The notes under the pieces: generated by a model
The model's database searches: none
Told to the model about the DNA's origin: nothing
The model's input: the letters and a program-made list of their open reading frames with translations, nothing else
NCBI GenBank assembly: GCA_945878875.1
Contig: CAMCUC010000003.1
Coordinates: 9,516 to 73,515 of the forward strand
Direction of reading: 5' to 3'
From: Rhizobium sp. Q54
GTDB taxonomy: Bacteria > Pseudomonadota > Alphaproteobacteria > Rhizobiales > Beijerinckiaceae
Length of the DNA stretch: 64,000 nt
Translations under genes and position numbers: made by a program
In this document: in pieces, positions 39,496 through 47,762 of the stretch
Layout of the letters: every line of letters begins with the position of its first letter
How positions within the stretch are numbered: the first letter of the stretch is position 1

Positions 39496-42400
39496 TTCGG
39501 GCTGATGTTCATTGGCAGACCTGAACCGGGCAGACCTGAACCGGGCTCCTCAAGGCTTCGCTGGATCAACGCTTTCAGTGCATCGCTGGCCGCTTTGGCG
39601 CTTTGCGCGTTTTGAATCTCCTGCTCGCGGCGCATGCGCGCTTCTTCCAGACGTTTTGCCTCTTCAATCCGCCGGGCCTCTTCGCGCTTGAAAGCCTCAA
39701 TCTCGACTGCGCGCACGCGTAGCCATTCCTGCGCTTTCCAGCGGCGGTTGAAGGCTGCCCGCTCGCGCATGTCGGCCTCCATTGCGGCGATGCGCGCGGA
39801 TTCGCGCACGATGGCGCGGGTGCTGAGCGTGTTGACAAGCGCCCCGGCTTCGATGCCGCGCACAGGCTTTTCGAGCGGCCCGCTCCATGTCACACGAATG
39901 CGCGGGGAAGCGCCTGACCAATTGGGCAGTGGCGTTCTGCTGGAGATTTCAACGCCAGCATCGAGGCGCTGGTCGCGCAGATCGAGCATGCCCCAGGCGC
40001 GGGCGGAAGCGGCGGCGCCAGCGCCGCCCTCAATTGCGCCCGGTTGCAGCCGCGCCACGCCGCTGGCGATCAGGGTTTCAAAACGCGCCTGCGGCACAAT
40101 GAGAAAACCGCGTTCCAGTTCGCGGCCCAGCGCGGCGACGACGTTGGCCTCATCAACGATAAGGGCGTCTTTTTCGGCAGCCTCGATCACGCGGTCGAGA
40201 GCGCCGGAATCTGTGCGCAGCACCCGCGTGTCGTAAAGGCGCGTCTCACCGCCGCCCGCCAGACTGGCGATCAACGCATTTTCGCTGGTGCCGACGCCCG
40301 CGATTTCAACCGAACCGGCGATCCGCCCTTCAAGGCCAGCGCGCCCACCCGTCGGCGCATCAAAATCAAGCCGTCCCGACAATGAGCCAACGCCCTTGTC
40401 GCGGCGCAAACTCACACGGCCTGCAAGGCTGGCTTGCCCCATGCGCAGGCTCATGTCTTCAAGGTTCACCTGTCCCGGCACAATGGAAAGGCGCATGGAG
40501 GCTTCCTGTCCGCCAGCGCCGCGCACATCAAACGCGCCGATCCGCAAATCAATGCTGGATGAAAACGGATGCGTTGGCGCAGGCGCAAACATCTGCTCCG
40601 ACCACAGCGCGCCAGCCTTTGGCGACGTTGACGCGCCCAGCGCAAATCCTGTGAGGCTCGATAACGACAGCTTGTCCACCAGCAGCGAACCGTTGAGCGC
40701 GAGGCGTCCCCCGCCAGCAGGCCGGGCGAGGCGCAGCGCACCCGAAACGCCTGAGCCAAGAACGTTTCCTGAAAGGGCGCTGAATTCCAGCCGTCCATCG
40801 CGCAGGTCCGTGTTGGCGCTCAAATCCATCGGCGCGGCGCCCGTCAGGTCTGGCGCAGCCAGCCCGAGCGTGCGCAACAAAGGCCCGGAATCGGCAGCGC
40901 GCACACGCGCCTTGCCAACGCTGCTTAAATGCTCGCCCTGCGTATTCAGGCGCCCCTCAAAAGCGATTCCCGAACCCGCGACGTCGCCTGATATGTTGAG
41001 GCCATAGCCTTCCGCAGGCCCGCCCTGCCCGCGCACGATGACGCGGGCGCGCGGCAGGCCGGGAACCGGCGCAGCGTCAAACCCGAACTGCCGCAGCAAC
41101 ATCGACGCATCGGCGGAGGTGAACTCCAGCTCGCCGTCGATACGCGCGCCATCGGGCGCTACGGCGCCGACAATGCGCGTGCCGCGCGCGCTGCCGTCAA
41201 TCTTGAGGCTGCGCAGCGCAAAGCCGCCCGAATCTGGCGCGGCCTGCGCCTCAAATTTCACGCGCGCTGGCGACAAAGCGGTGGCGCGCTCTGAAATCAG
41301 ATCGGCGACGCGCCCCGGCGCAATACGGCGCAAGAGTGCGGCCAGCTCGCCGAGACGCTGGGCGTCCAGCGCCAGCTCGATCCGGGCGCCCGATGAATCG
41401 GCCTGTCCGCTCGCCTGCAAATTGGCGCCGCCAACGTTCTGGATCGACAAGCGCTCAAGCTGCAAAAGGTCGCCCTGGCGCAGCACTTTGGCGCTGATGC
41501 GCCCGGAATCGACCATGCCCTCGCCAATGCGCGCCACCCGCACGGCGCGCGCATCAAACACCAAATTGAGATCGACGCCAGCAGCGGCGCGCGCAGGCCC
41601 GGTCAGGTCAGGCAGGCCTTCAATATCCAGCGCCGACGACGTGAGATCGGCGAACAGGCGCGCACGCTCTGAGCCAAACGCGCGCGTGAAAGCGGCGGCC
41701 CCCGTAAAGGTGGAGCGATCCGCCTTGACCACAAGCTCGCGCGCCGCAATCGCCGCGTGCGATAATTCCACCTTGCCCTCAATGTCGATGGCGCGAAACG
41801 GCATGGCGCGCAAACGCTCCGCCAGATCAACATCGACGCGCCCGACCCAATCGGCCAGACGCGGCAAATCGCGCGCGCTGGCCGACAGGGCGCCGGAGAA
41901 TTGCGCCGCCAGTCCGGATTCGATTTTGCCGTCCAGCGACAGGTGCGAACGGCCCGGCAGGTTCGCCTTTACCGCCAGCGCGCTCCCGGTCAGCGCGTCC
42001 CCGCTGCGCGAGCCAAAGCGCAGGCGAACATCGCCCAGCGTCTCGCCGCCAATCTGGAGCGCAGGCGTTGCGAACTCGAGCTCAAACGGCCAGTCGCCAG
42101 CCCTGAAGCGGCTGGCCAGAGCATCGGCGAGCGCACGGCCCGCCAGCGCGATGGGTTGTTCGGAATCTGGTCCCTCTTGCGCGCCCCCTTGCGCGATCAG
42201 GCGATCAAGATCGAGCCGGGACGCATTGAGCTTCAGGCTCGCAAGGCCGCTCGCTGCATCATAATGGGCGGCGCCCGCCAGCGTCGCGGTCCGCTCCTCC
42301 CCGCCAAGGCGCAACTCCAGGGCATCCAGGCTTGCTCGCCCGGGTTCAATTTGCGCCAGTCCCGCAGCGCGCCATGGCAGCGTCACGCCGCCAGCGCTCA

Positions 42401-43229
42401 TACGCCCCGACAGCACGGCGGCGCCTTCAAGCTGCAAGCGCGTGTTGAGGCCCATGGCTTGCGTCCCAAGCGCACCGTCGAACTCGATGTGCGGGGCAAG
42501 CCCCACCCCGTCCACGGACGCCTTGAGGCGGAGAGCCCCATTTTCCTGCACGCCGCTCCCAAAGCGAAACGCCAGCGCCTGCCCGCCTGTGCGCAACGAG
42601 CCCGCGCCCTTGAAGGGGCCTTGCAGCGACGCAGCTTCCGCATTCATCGTGACGTCGCCGAGCAGCAGCCTTTCGCGTCCCGGCCGCGTGATCTCGATTT
42701 GCCCGCCATGCACTTCGATGCGCTCAAACGCCAATTCCTCCGGCGCATTGGCGGGCGGCCTTGGCAGCGCAAGCCCGCCGTCCTCGCTCAAGGAGAGCGT
42801 CATGCGGGGTTGGTCAAGACGGGCTTCAACGAAACGCACGGCGCCCCGCAACAGCGGCGCCGGCGCCATTTCAAGCCGCAGCCGCTGCGCAAACATTTGC
42901 GGATCGCCGGGCGAGAGTCCGCGAACCGACACCTGACCCAGATCCAGAATCGGCGATGGCAGCAGCTTGACGTCGATAGCGCCGGTGACTTCAACGCGCG
43001 CGCCCAGAGCCTGAGACAGGATGGATTCGACCCAGCCGCGCCGCGCCGTCCAGTCCACGACATGCGGGATCGCCAGCGCCGCGCTCAACGCGACGATGAT
43101 GAGAACCGCCAGAAATGTCAGCGCTTCGCGAAAAAATGCCAAAGGCGGAACGGCTCCGTGCGCAGCAATGATTTGGGGCCAGCATACAGGTTTTTCCAGC
43201 CTGTTTGCGCGGTTCATTTGCAGGAGCAT
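39492..43229 (-). CDS. AsmA-family envelope protein
   Basis: N-terminal TM anchor, PHVVDW..RRGWVE...GAIDVKLLPSP, long beta-rich body, C-terminal coiled coil; start uncertain. Confidence 0.85.
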   Translation of the reverse strand: MLLQMNRANRLEKPVCWPQIIAAHGAVPPLAFFREALTFLAVLIIVALSAALAIPHVVDWTARRGWVESILSQALGARVEVTGAIDVKLLPSPILDLGQVSVRGLSPGDPQMFAQRLRLEMAPAPLLRGAVRFVEARLDQPRMTLSLSEDGGLALPRPPANAPEELAFERIEVHGGQIEITRPGRERLLLGDVTMNAEAASLQGPFKGAGSLRTGGQALAFRFGSGVQENGALRLKASVDGVGLAPHIEFDGALGTQAMGLNTRLQLEGAAVLSGRMSAGGVTLPWRAAGLAQIEPGRASLDALELRLGGEERTATLAGAAHYDAASGLASLKLNASRLDLDRLIAQGGAQEGPDSEQPIALAGRALADALASRFRAGDWPFELEFATPALQIGGETLGDVRLRFGSRSGDALTGSALAVKANLPGRSHLSLDGKIESGLAAQFSGALSASARDLPRLADWVGRVDVDLAERLRAMPFRAIDIEGKVELSHAAIAARELVVKADRSTFTGAAAFTRAFGSERARLFADLTSSALDIEGLPDLTGPARAAAGVDLNLVFDARAVRVARIGEGMVDSGRISAKVLRQGDLLQLERLSIQNVGGANLQASGQADSSGARIELALDAQRLGELAALLRRIAPGRVADLISERATALSPARVKFEAQAAPDSGGFALRSLKIDGSARGTRIVGAVAPDGARIDGELEFTSADASMLLRQFGFDAAPVPGLPRARVIVRGQGGPAEGYGLNISGDVAGSGIAFEGRLNTQGEHLSSVGKARVRAADSGPLLRTLGLAAPDLTGAAPMDLSANTDLRDGRLEFSALSGNVLGSGVSGALRLARPAGGGRLALNGSLLVDKLSLSSLTGFALGASTSPKAGALWSEQMFAPAPTHPFSSSIDLRIGAFDVRGAGGQEASMRLSIVPGQVNLEDMSLRMGQASLAGRVSLRRDKGVGSLSGRLDFDAPTGGRAGLEGRIAGSVEIAGVGTSENALIASLAGGGETRLYDTRVLRTDSGALDRVIEAAEKDALIVDEANVVAALGRELERGFLIVPQARFETLIASGVARLQPGAIEGGAGAAASARAWGMLDLRDQRLDAGVEISSRTPLPNWSGASPRIRVTWSGPLEKPVRGIEAGALVNTLSTRAIVRESARIAAMEADMRERAAFNRRWKAQEWLRVRAVEIEAFKREEARRIEEAKRLEEARMRREQEIQNAQSAKAASDALKALIQRSLEEPGSGLPGSGLPMNISPN
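39514..39543 (-). repeat. Perfect 15-bp in-frame tandem duplication at the AsmA C-terminus (PGSGL x2)
   Basis: GGCAGACCTGAACCG x2. Confidence 0.85.
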
Positions 43230-43337
43230 GACTTGAACGGGAGCGGTGAGGAATTATGTCCTAACTTGATCTCAACCTAAGTGGAAAATTGGCATGACGA
43301 GGACTTTTGTCAGCGCGACGATGCACGGCGGCGGGCG

Positions 43338-44177
43338 ATGATTGCGCTTTCGCAGAGCGATCTTCGTAGCCTGTTCCCCAAAGGCTCACCAGCGCTTCTG
43401 GGCGATATTGCAGAAAGGGCGCCGCTCGTTCTTGGGCCTATCGGCGTTCTCGATAAACCCGAAAGGCTGGCGCATTTTCTGGCGCAGGCGAGCGCGGAAA
43501 CCGGCGGGCTTTCGCGCGTCGTGGAATCGTTGCGCTATTCGGCCAGGCGCATCGTGGAAGTCTTTGGCCCCGGCGTCCATTCGGCGCGCATTGGCGCGGC
43601 TGAAGCGCGCAGGCTGGCGGGCGATGAATATGCTCTGGGCGAGCGCGTCTATGGTTTGGGCAATCCAAAGAAAGCCTCTGAGCTGGGCAATGTGGAGCGA
43701 GGCGACGGCTTTGCTTTTCGCGGGCGCGGCTACATTCAAATCACGGGCCGCTATAACTACGCACGCTTTGGCGACATCATCGGCAAGCCGCTGGAAAATG
43801 ATCCCGATCGGGCCAGCGATTTGGAAACCGCGCTGGAAATCGCCGCCGCCTATTGGTCGGCGCGAGGCATCAACGCGGCCTGCGACGCCGCCGACATTGT
43901 GCGGGTGACAAAGCTGGTCAACGGCGGACGCCAGGGCTTGCGCCATCGCGAGCGGGAATTTGCGCGGCTGGCGCCGCTCATTGGCGCCATTGCCGACAGG
44001 CAGATTGACATGGCGAGATCAGAAACCGCCGACATCATCGCAGCGGCGACCGGCACGCCCGGCGATTACAGCGCCGTGATCGCCGAGCTGCAACAAAAAC
44101 TGGACGCCGCATTCCCTGAAGCCCGGTCCGCGCCCGCCAACGACAACGGGCACGCGAAGGCGCCGGAGCGCGCGTAA
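43338..44177 (+). CDS. Glycoside hydrolase family 19 (lysozyme/chitinase, endolysin-like)
   Basis: LAHFLAQASAETGG, VESL, GDGFAFRGRGYIQITGRYNY, TKLVNGG; start at MIALSQ (43281 possible). Confidence 0.88.
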   Translation: MIALSQSDLRSLFPKGSPALLGDIAERAPLVLGPIGVLDKPERLAHFLAQASAETGGLSRVVESLRYSARRIVEVFGPGVHSARIGAAEARRLAGDEYALGERVYGLGNPKKASELGNVERGDGFAFRGRGYIQITGRYNYARFGDIIGKPLENDPDRASDLETALEIAAAYWSARGINAACDAADIVRVTKLVNGGRQGLRHREREFARLAPLIGAIADRQIDMARSETADIIAAATGTPGDYSAVIAELQQKLDAAFPEARSAPANDNGHAKAPERA

Positions 44178-44300
44178 AGTTCGCTTCCCCGCCGTCATTG
44201 TTCAGGCTAAGCTGCGCGACATTATTTTTTGTTTTGTTGCAGGATTCGCCCCGATGCATTGCCCCTTTGCTTGCTTTCATGCTGGCCGCCGGGCGCCGCC

Positions 44301-46001
44301 ATGCGGATGAACCCTTCGGGCGACGCGCTTTTTTATGGCGACAACCTCGACATTTTGCGCAACCACATCGAGGACGAGAGCGTCGATCTCGTCTATCTCG
44401 ATCCGCCGTTCAACTCGAACGCCAATTACAACGTGCTGTTCAGAGCGCCCGACGGCAGCCAGAGCCAATCGCAGATCGTGGCGTTTGACGACACATGGCA
44501 CTGGACCGATTCAGCGGAAGCGGCCTTCGACGACGTGATGCGCTCGGGCCATTCGGACGCGGCTGAGATGCTGCGCGCCATGCGGGCGGTGCTGAAGGAA
44601 AACGACATGATGGCGTATCTCGCCATGATGGCGGTGCGCCTGATCGAATTGCACCGCGTGCTGAAGCCCACAGGCTCGCTGTATTTGCACTGCGACCCGA
44701 CGGCGAGCCATTATTTGAAGATACTTTTGGATGCGGTGTTTGGTATGAGGAGCTTCCGTTCAGCGATTAGCTGGAAACGCTCGTCCGCGCATAACGACGG
44801 CAAGCAGGGCCGCAGACAATTCGGAAATGTACGCGATGAAATTTTATTTTACACGAAATCGTCAACTTGGATCTGGAACTCGCAATTCACTGATTATTAC
44901 GAGGAATACAAGCGATCAGCTTATCGGCTTCTAGATGAAAATGGTCGGCGCTTTCGTAGAGGTGATTTGACCGCAGCCAAACCCGGGGGCGATGTTTCCT
45001 ATCCTTGGCCTATCAAGAGACCAATTGGCGGGAGCTGGGAGGGCGATCTCAATGACGAATTTCTCACTCCACGCAAGGGATGGGAGTATAAATGTGCCCT
45101 ACCATATGTTGGGCGCTTTTGGGCGTATAGCCGGGAGAACATGGCGAAGTTCGAGCGCGAAGGGCGCATAGCTTATGCCAGTACGGGGACGCCTGAATAT
45201 AAGCGATTTCTTGACGAGATGCCCGGAGTTCAATTGCAGAATGACTGGGACGATGTAGCGCCAGCCTTGGGAAACGAGAATCTCGGCTATCCCACGCAAA
45301 AACCCGTCGCGCTTCTTGAGCGCATTCTCAAAGCATCCTCGAACGAGAACGATCTTGTGCTCGATCCTTTTTGCGGGTGCGGCACGACGATTCACGCCGC
45401 CGAAAAACTCAACCGCCGCTGGATCGGCATCGACGTTACGCATCTGGCCGTCGGCCTTATTCGCGACCGGCTGACAAGCGCGTTTCCGCAAGCGCAGTTC
45501 GAAGTCATCGGCGTGCCACGCGATCTGGCCGCCGCGCGCGAACTGGCGCGAGCGGACAAGCACGAGTTCCAACTCTGGGCGCTATCTATGATCGTTGGCG
45601 CGCAGCCTTTCAAGGGTGGACGCAAGGGCGCCGACGGCGGCGTGGACGGCTACATCTGGTTCCAGCCCGACGGGAAAAAACACGAGAAGGCGGTCGTCTC
45701 CATCAAGGGAGGCGACAATGTGGACGTGAGGATGATCCGAGACCTTATCGCCACGGTTGACCGCGAGAACGCCAAGGTCGGCGTGTTCGTCACGCTCGCC
45801 AAGCCAACGCGCCCGATGATAAGCGAGGCCGCCGCCGCAGGCTTTTATGAAAGCCCGCTGCATGGCCGCGTCGCCAAAATCCAGATTCTCACCATCGAAA
45901 ACCTGTTCGAAAAGCAACAGCCCGACCTGCCGTGGATCGCCCCCTCCTCAAAATCCGCCAAGCGCGAAGCCAGCACAAAACAGATCGGCCTCGACTTTTA
46001 G
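44301..46001 (+). CDS. Beta-class N6/N4 DNA methyltransferase fused to a C-terminal Mrr-like (PD-(D/E)xK) nuclease domain
   Basis: YGDNL, YLDPPF (motif IV), YPTQKP, VLDPFCGCGTT (motif I); C-terminal GADGGVDG...VSIKGG...LIATVDRENAKVGVFVTL. Confidence 0.88.
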   Translation: MRMNPSGDALFYGDNLDILRNHIEDESVDLVYLDPPFNSNANYNVLFRAPDGSQSQSQIVAFDDTWHWTDSAEAAFDDVMRSGHSDAAEMLRAMRAVLKENDMMAYLAMMAVRLIELHRVLKPTGSLYLHCDPTASHYLKILLDAVFGMRSFRSAISWKRSSAHNDGKQGRRQFGNVRDEILFYTKSSTWIWNSQFTDYYEEYKRSAYRLLDENGRRFRRGDLTAAKPGGDVSYPWPIKRPIGGSWEGDLNDEFLTPRKGWEYKCALPYVGRFWAYSRENMAKFEREGRIAYASTGTPEYKRFLDEMPGVQLQNDWDDVAPALGNENLGYPTQKPVALLERILKASSNENDLVLDPFCGCGTTIHAAEKLNRRWIGIDVTHLAVGLIRDRLTSAFPQAQFEVIGVPRDLAAARELARADKHEFQLWALSMIVGAQPFKGGRKGADGGVDGYIWFQPDGKKHEKAVVSIKGGDNVDVRMIRDLIATVDRENAKVGVFVTLAKPTRPMISEAAAAGFYESPLHGRVAKIQILTIENLFEKQQPDLPWIAPSSKSAKREASTKQIGLDF

Positions 46002-46012
46002 GCTGGCCCCTT

Positions 46013-46064
46013 CCTTCTCCCGCGCGCGGGAGAAGGTGGCGCGCAAAGCGCGACGGATGAGGGA
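46013..46064. repeat. Intergenic palindromic element (CCTTCTCCCGC/GCGGGAGAAGG hairpin plus tail)
   Basis: Perfect 11-bp stem; 32-bp tail repeated at 29166; degenerate half at 53671-53695. Confidence 0.8.
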
Positions 46065-46127
46065 ATTGCGCCCCCAAGAAGCGCGCTATGTCGGGCGCGG
46101 TCCAGAGCGGCGCTCTTCTAAAAGCCT

Positions 46128-47072
46128 CTAGTTCAACTTGATCGCCTGATACACCGGCAGCGAATCGTCCAGCGTCCATTCGGCCATTGAGCCGTCGTAC
46201 ATCAGGACCTTCTTGTTGCCGATCACTTCATGCGAGGCGAACCAGCCCAGAGAGGCCCAGTGGCCGGTGTTGCAGAAGGCGATCTGCTCGACGTCGCTGG
46301 CCACGCCAGCCTGACGATAAAGCGAGGTCAGCAATTCCTTCGAGCGCACAGTGCCGCCATTGTTGCCGGTGATCCAGCTCTCGGGCACGTTCTTGGCGCC
46401 GGGGATGGTGCCGGCCTTCTTCACGGTCGGAATGACCGTCGCGCCGACATAATGATCGTTGGGGCGGTTATCGACCAGCGTCACGCCGCGCACGCGGGCG
46501 CTTTCAACGTCGGCGACGGTGATGAGCATTTCCTTGCGCACGTTCGCCTTGAAGGTCTTGGCCTGCGGCGTCACGCCGCCGGAAGCCAGCGGGTTCAACG
46601 GCTTTTTGGTCGCAGCGTCCACGTCCTTCGTCCAGCCGAGCCAACCGCCGTCGAGGATCGACACTTCGTCATGACCCATGACCTTGAAGGTCCAGTACAG
46701 ACGCGTCGCCGCGCCCATGTCGAGCGCCTGACGGCCCATCGGCACGATCACAACGTGGCTCTTGTTGTCGATGCCAAGGGCACCGATCACCTTCTCAACC
46801 TTGTCGGCCGGCGGCAACATGCCAACCACATTGCCAACCTTCTCGCGCCAGCCGTCGTTGGCGTAGTCGGAGAACACGGAGCCGGGAATGTGCTCCTTCA
46901 CGTAATCCTCGCGAACGGCGCCGCCGCCGCTGCGCAGGTCAACGACCACAAGACCCGGCTTGCCGAGATTGTCCTTCAACCAGCTGGAATTAACCAGCGG
47001 CTCAGCCGCCATTGCGGATGCCGATGCGGCAAGGCTGGCGGCGAAAGCAAGGGAGGTGATCCACGAACGCAT
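46128..47072 (-). CDS. Exported tandem rhodanese (sulfurtransferase)
   Basis: Signal peptide MRSWITSLAFAASLAASASAMA; HIPGSV, LDGG, IPGA, active-site FCNTGHWAS, YDGSMAEW; GGAGA RBS. Confidence 0.9.
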   Translation of the reverse strand: MRSWITSLAFAASLAASASAMAAEPLVNSSWLKDNLGKPGLVVVDLRSGGGAVREDYVKEHIPGSVFSDYANDGWREKVGNVVGMLPPADKVEKVIGALGIDNKSHVVIVPMGRQALDMGAATRLYWTFKVMGHDEVSILDGGWLGWTKDVDAATKKPLNPLASGGVTPQAKTFKANVRKEMLITVADVESARVRGVTLVDNRPNDHYVGATVIPTVKKAGTIPGAKNVPESWITGNNGGTVRSKELLTSLYRQAGVASDVEQIAFCNTGHWASLGWFASHEVIGNKKVLMYDGSMAEWTLDDSLPVYQAIKLN

Positions 47073-47091
47073 TCTATTCTCCAAGATATAA

Positions 47092-47138
47092 ATGTTATAT
47101 ATAATAATATACATCCTTTGATGCGATTTGCAAATCGC
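47092..47138. promoter_or_regulatory. AT-rich operator-like segment plus perfect 16-bp palindrome
   Basis: ATGTTATATATAATAATATACAT (47092-47114) and GCGATTTGCAAATCGC (47123-47138) upstream of the rhodanese. Confidence 0.55.
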
Positions 47139-47320
47139 TGGAGTGCTGGCCGTTTTCAGGACTGCGCGCGGCCTCGCGCGCAGTTGTCAGGACCGGGCGG
47201 GGCCTCGCGCGCATGCGGGCTGGAAGCCCGCGGCCCAAAGAGCGGCGTCGTCACCCGCCCAGCGCTCTGATATGTACGGGCGCAGAGCTAACGAGATCAC
47301 CAGCACGTCAGGACTCGACC

Positions 47321-47581
47321 ATGGGCATGTTCAGGCGCATCGGGATTATTTTCGCCGTCCTGACGCTGGCGGCCAGCGCCCGTGCCGACGAGCAGAGCGC
47401 GCCGAAAATGCCTGCGCCGGAGCGGGCCGTCTCAATGCCCGCCTACGCCGACGCCGACCCTAAATGCCTGGAGTGGACGAACGCCTGCAGCGTCTGCGCC
47501 CGCAATGAGGCAGGGGCCCCGCAATGTTCGACGCCGGGGCCAGCATGCTTGCCCAAAGCGATCGTCTGCACGCGGCGGTAA
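47321..47581 (+). CDS. Small secreted 6-Cys miniprotein
   Basis: AGGA RBS; signal peptide; C-x6-C-x2-C-x9-C-x6-C-x6-C. Confidence 0.7.
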   Translation: MGMFRRIGIIFAVLTLAASARADEQSAPKMPAPERAVSMPAYADADPKCLEWTNACSVCARNEAGAPQCSTPGPACLPKAIVCTRR

Positions 47582-47585
47582 GGGG

Positions 47586-47666
47586 CGCCATGGCGGGATT
47601 ACCGCCATCAACGGCAGGAATTGAGCCCACCGCCTGTCGTGGTTCCCCGCCGTCGCGGGGATGACA
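47586..47666. repeat. 81-bp CGTC-family double-hairpin element, copy 3 (divergent)
   Basis: CGCCATGGCGGGATTACCGCCATCAACGGC...GTGGTTCCCCGCCGTCGCGGGGATGACA. Confidence 0.7.
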
Positions 47667-47762
47667 TTGGGGCGGCCCGCAAAAATTCGACATTCTCCGC
47701 CCGCGCCCCCACATTACCCTCGATGATTCGCCTTTCGTTCTAGTTTATGGTCCACAAGCCTC

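Noticed and set aside
39514-39543. Functional significance of in-frame micro-duplications in AsmA (15 bp) and the NRPS A domain (18 bp at 27845)
   Set aside because: Both fall in terminal or loop regions and are most simply explained by replication slippage; kept only as repeat features.
43281-46001. Prophage remnant
   Set aside because: Only a GH19 and an MTase fusion; no structural, integrase or holin genes and no att repeats were seen.
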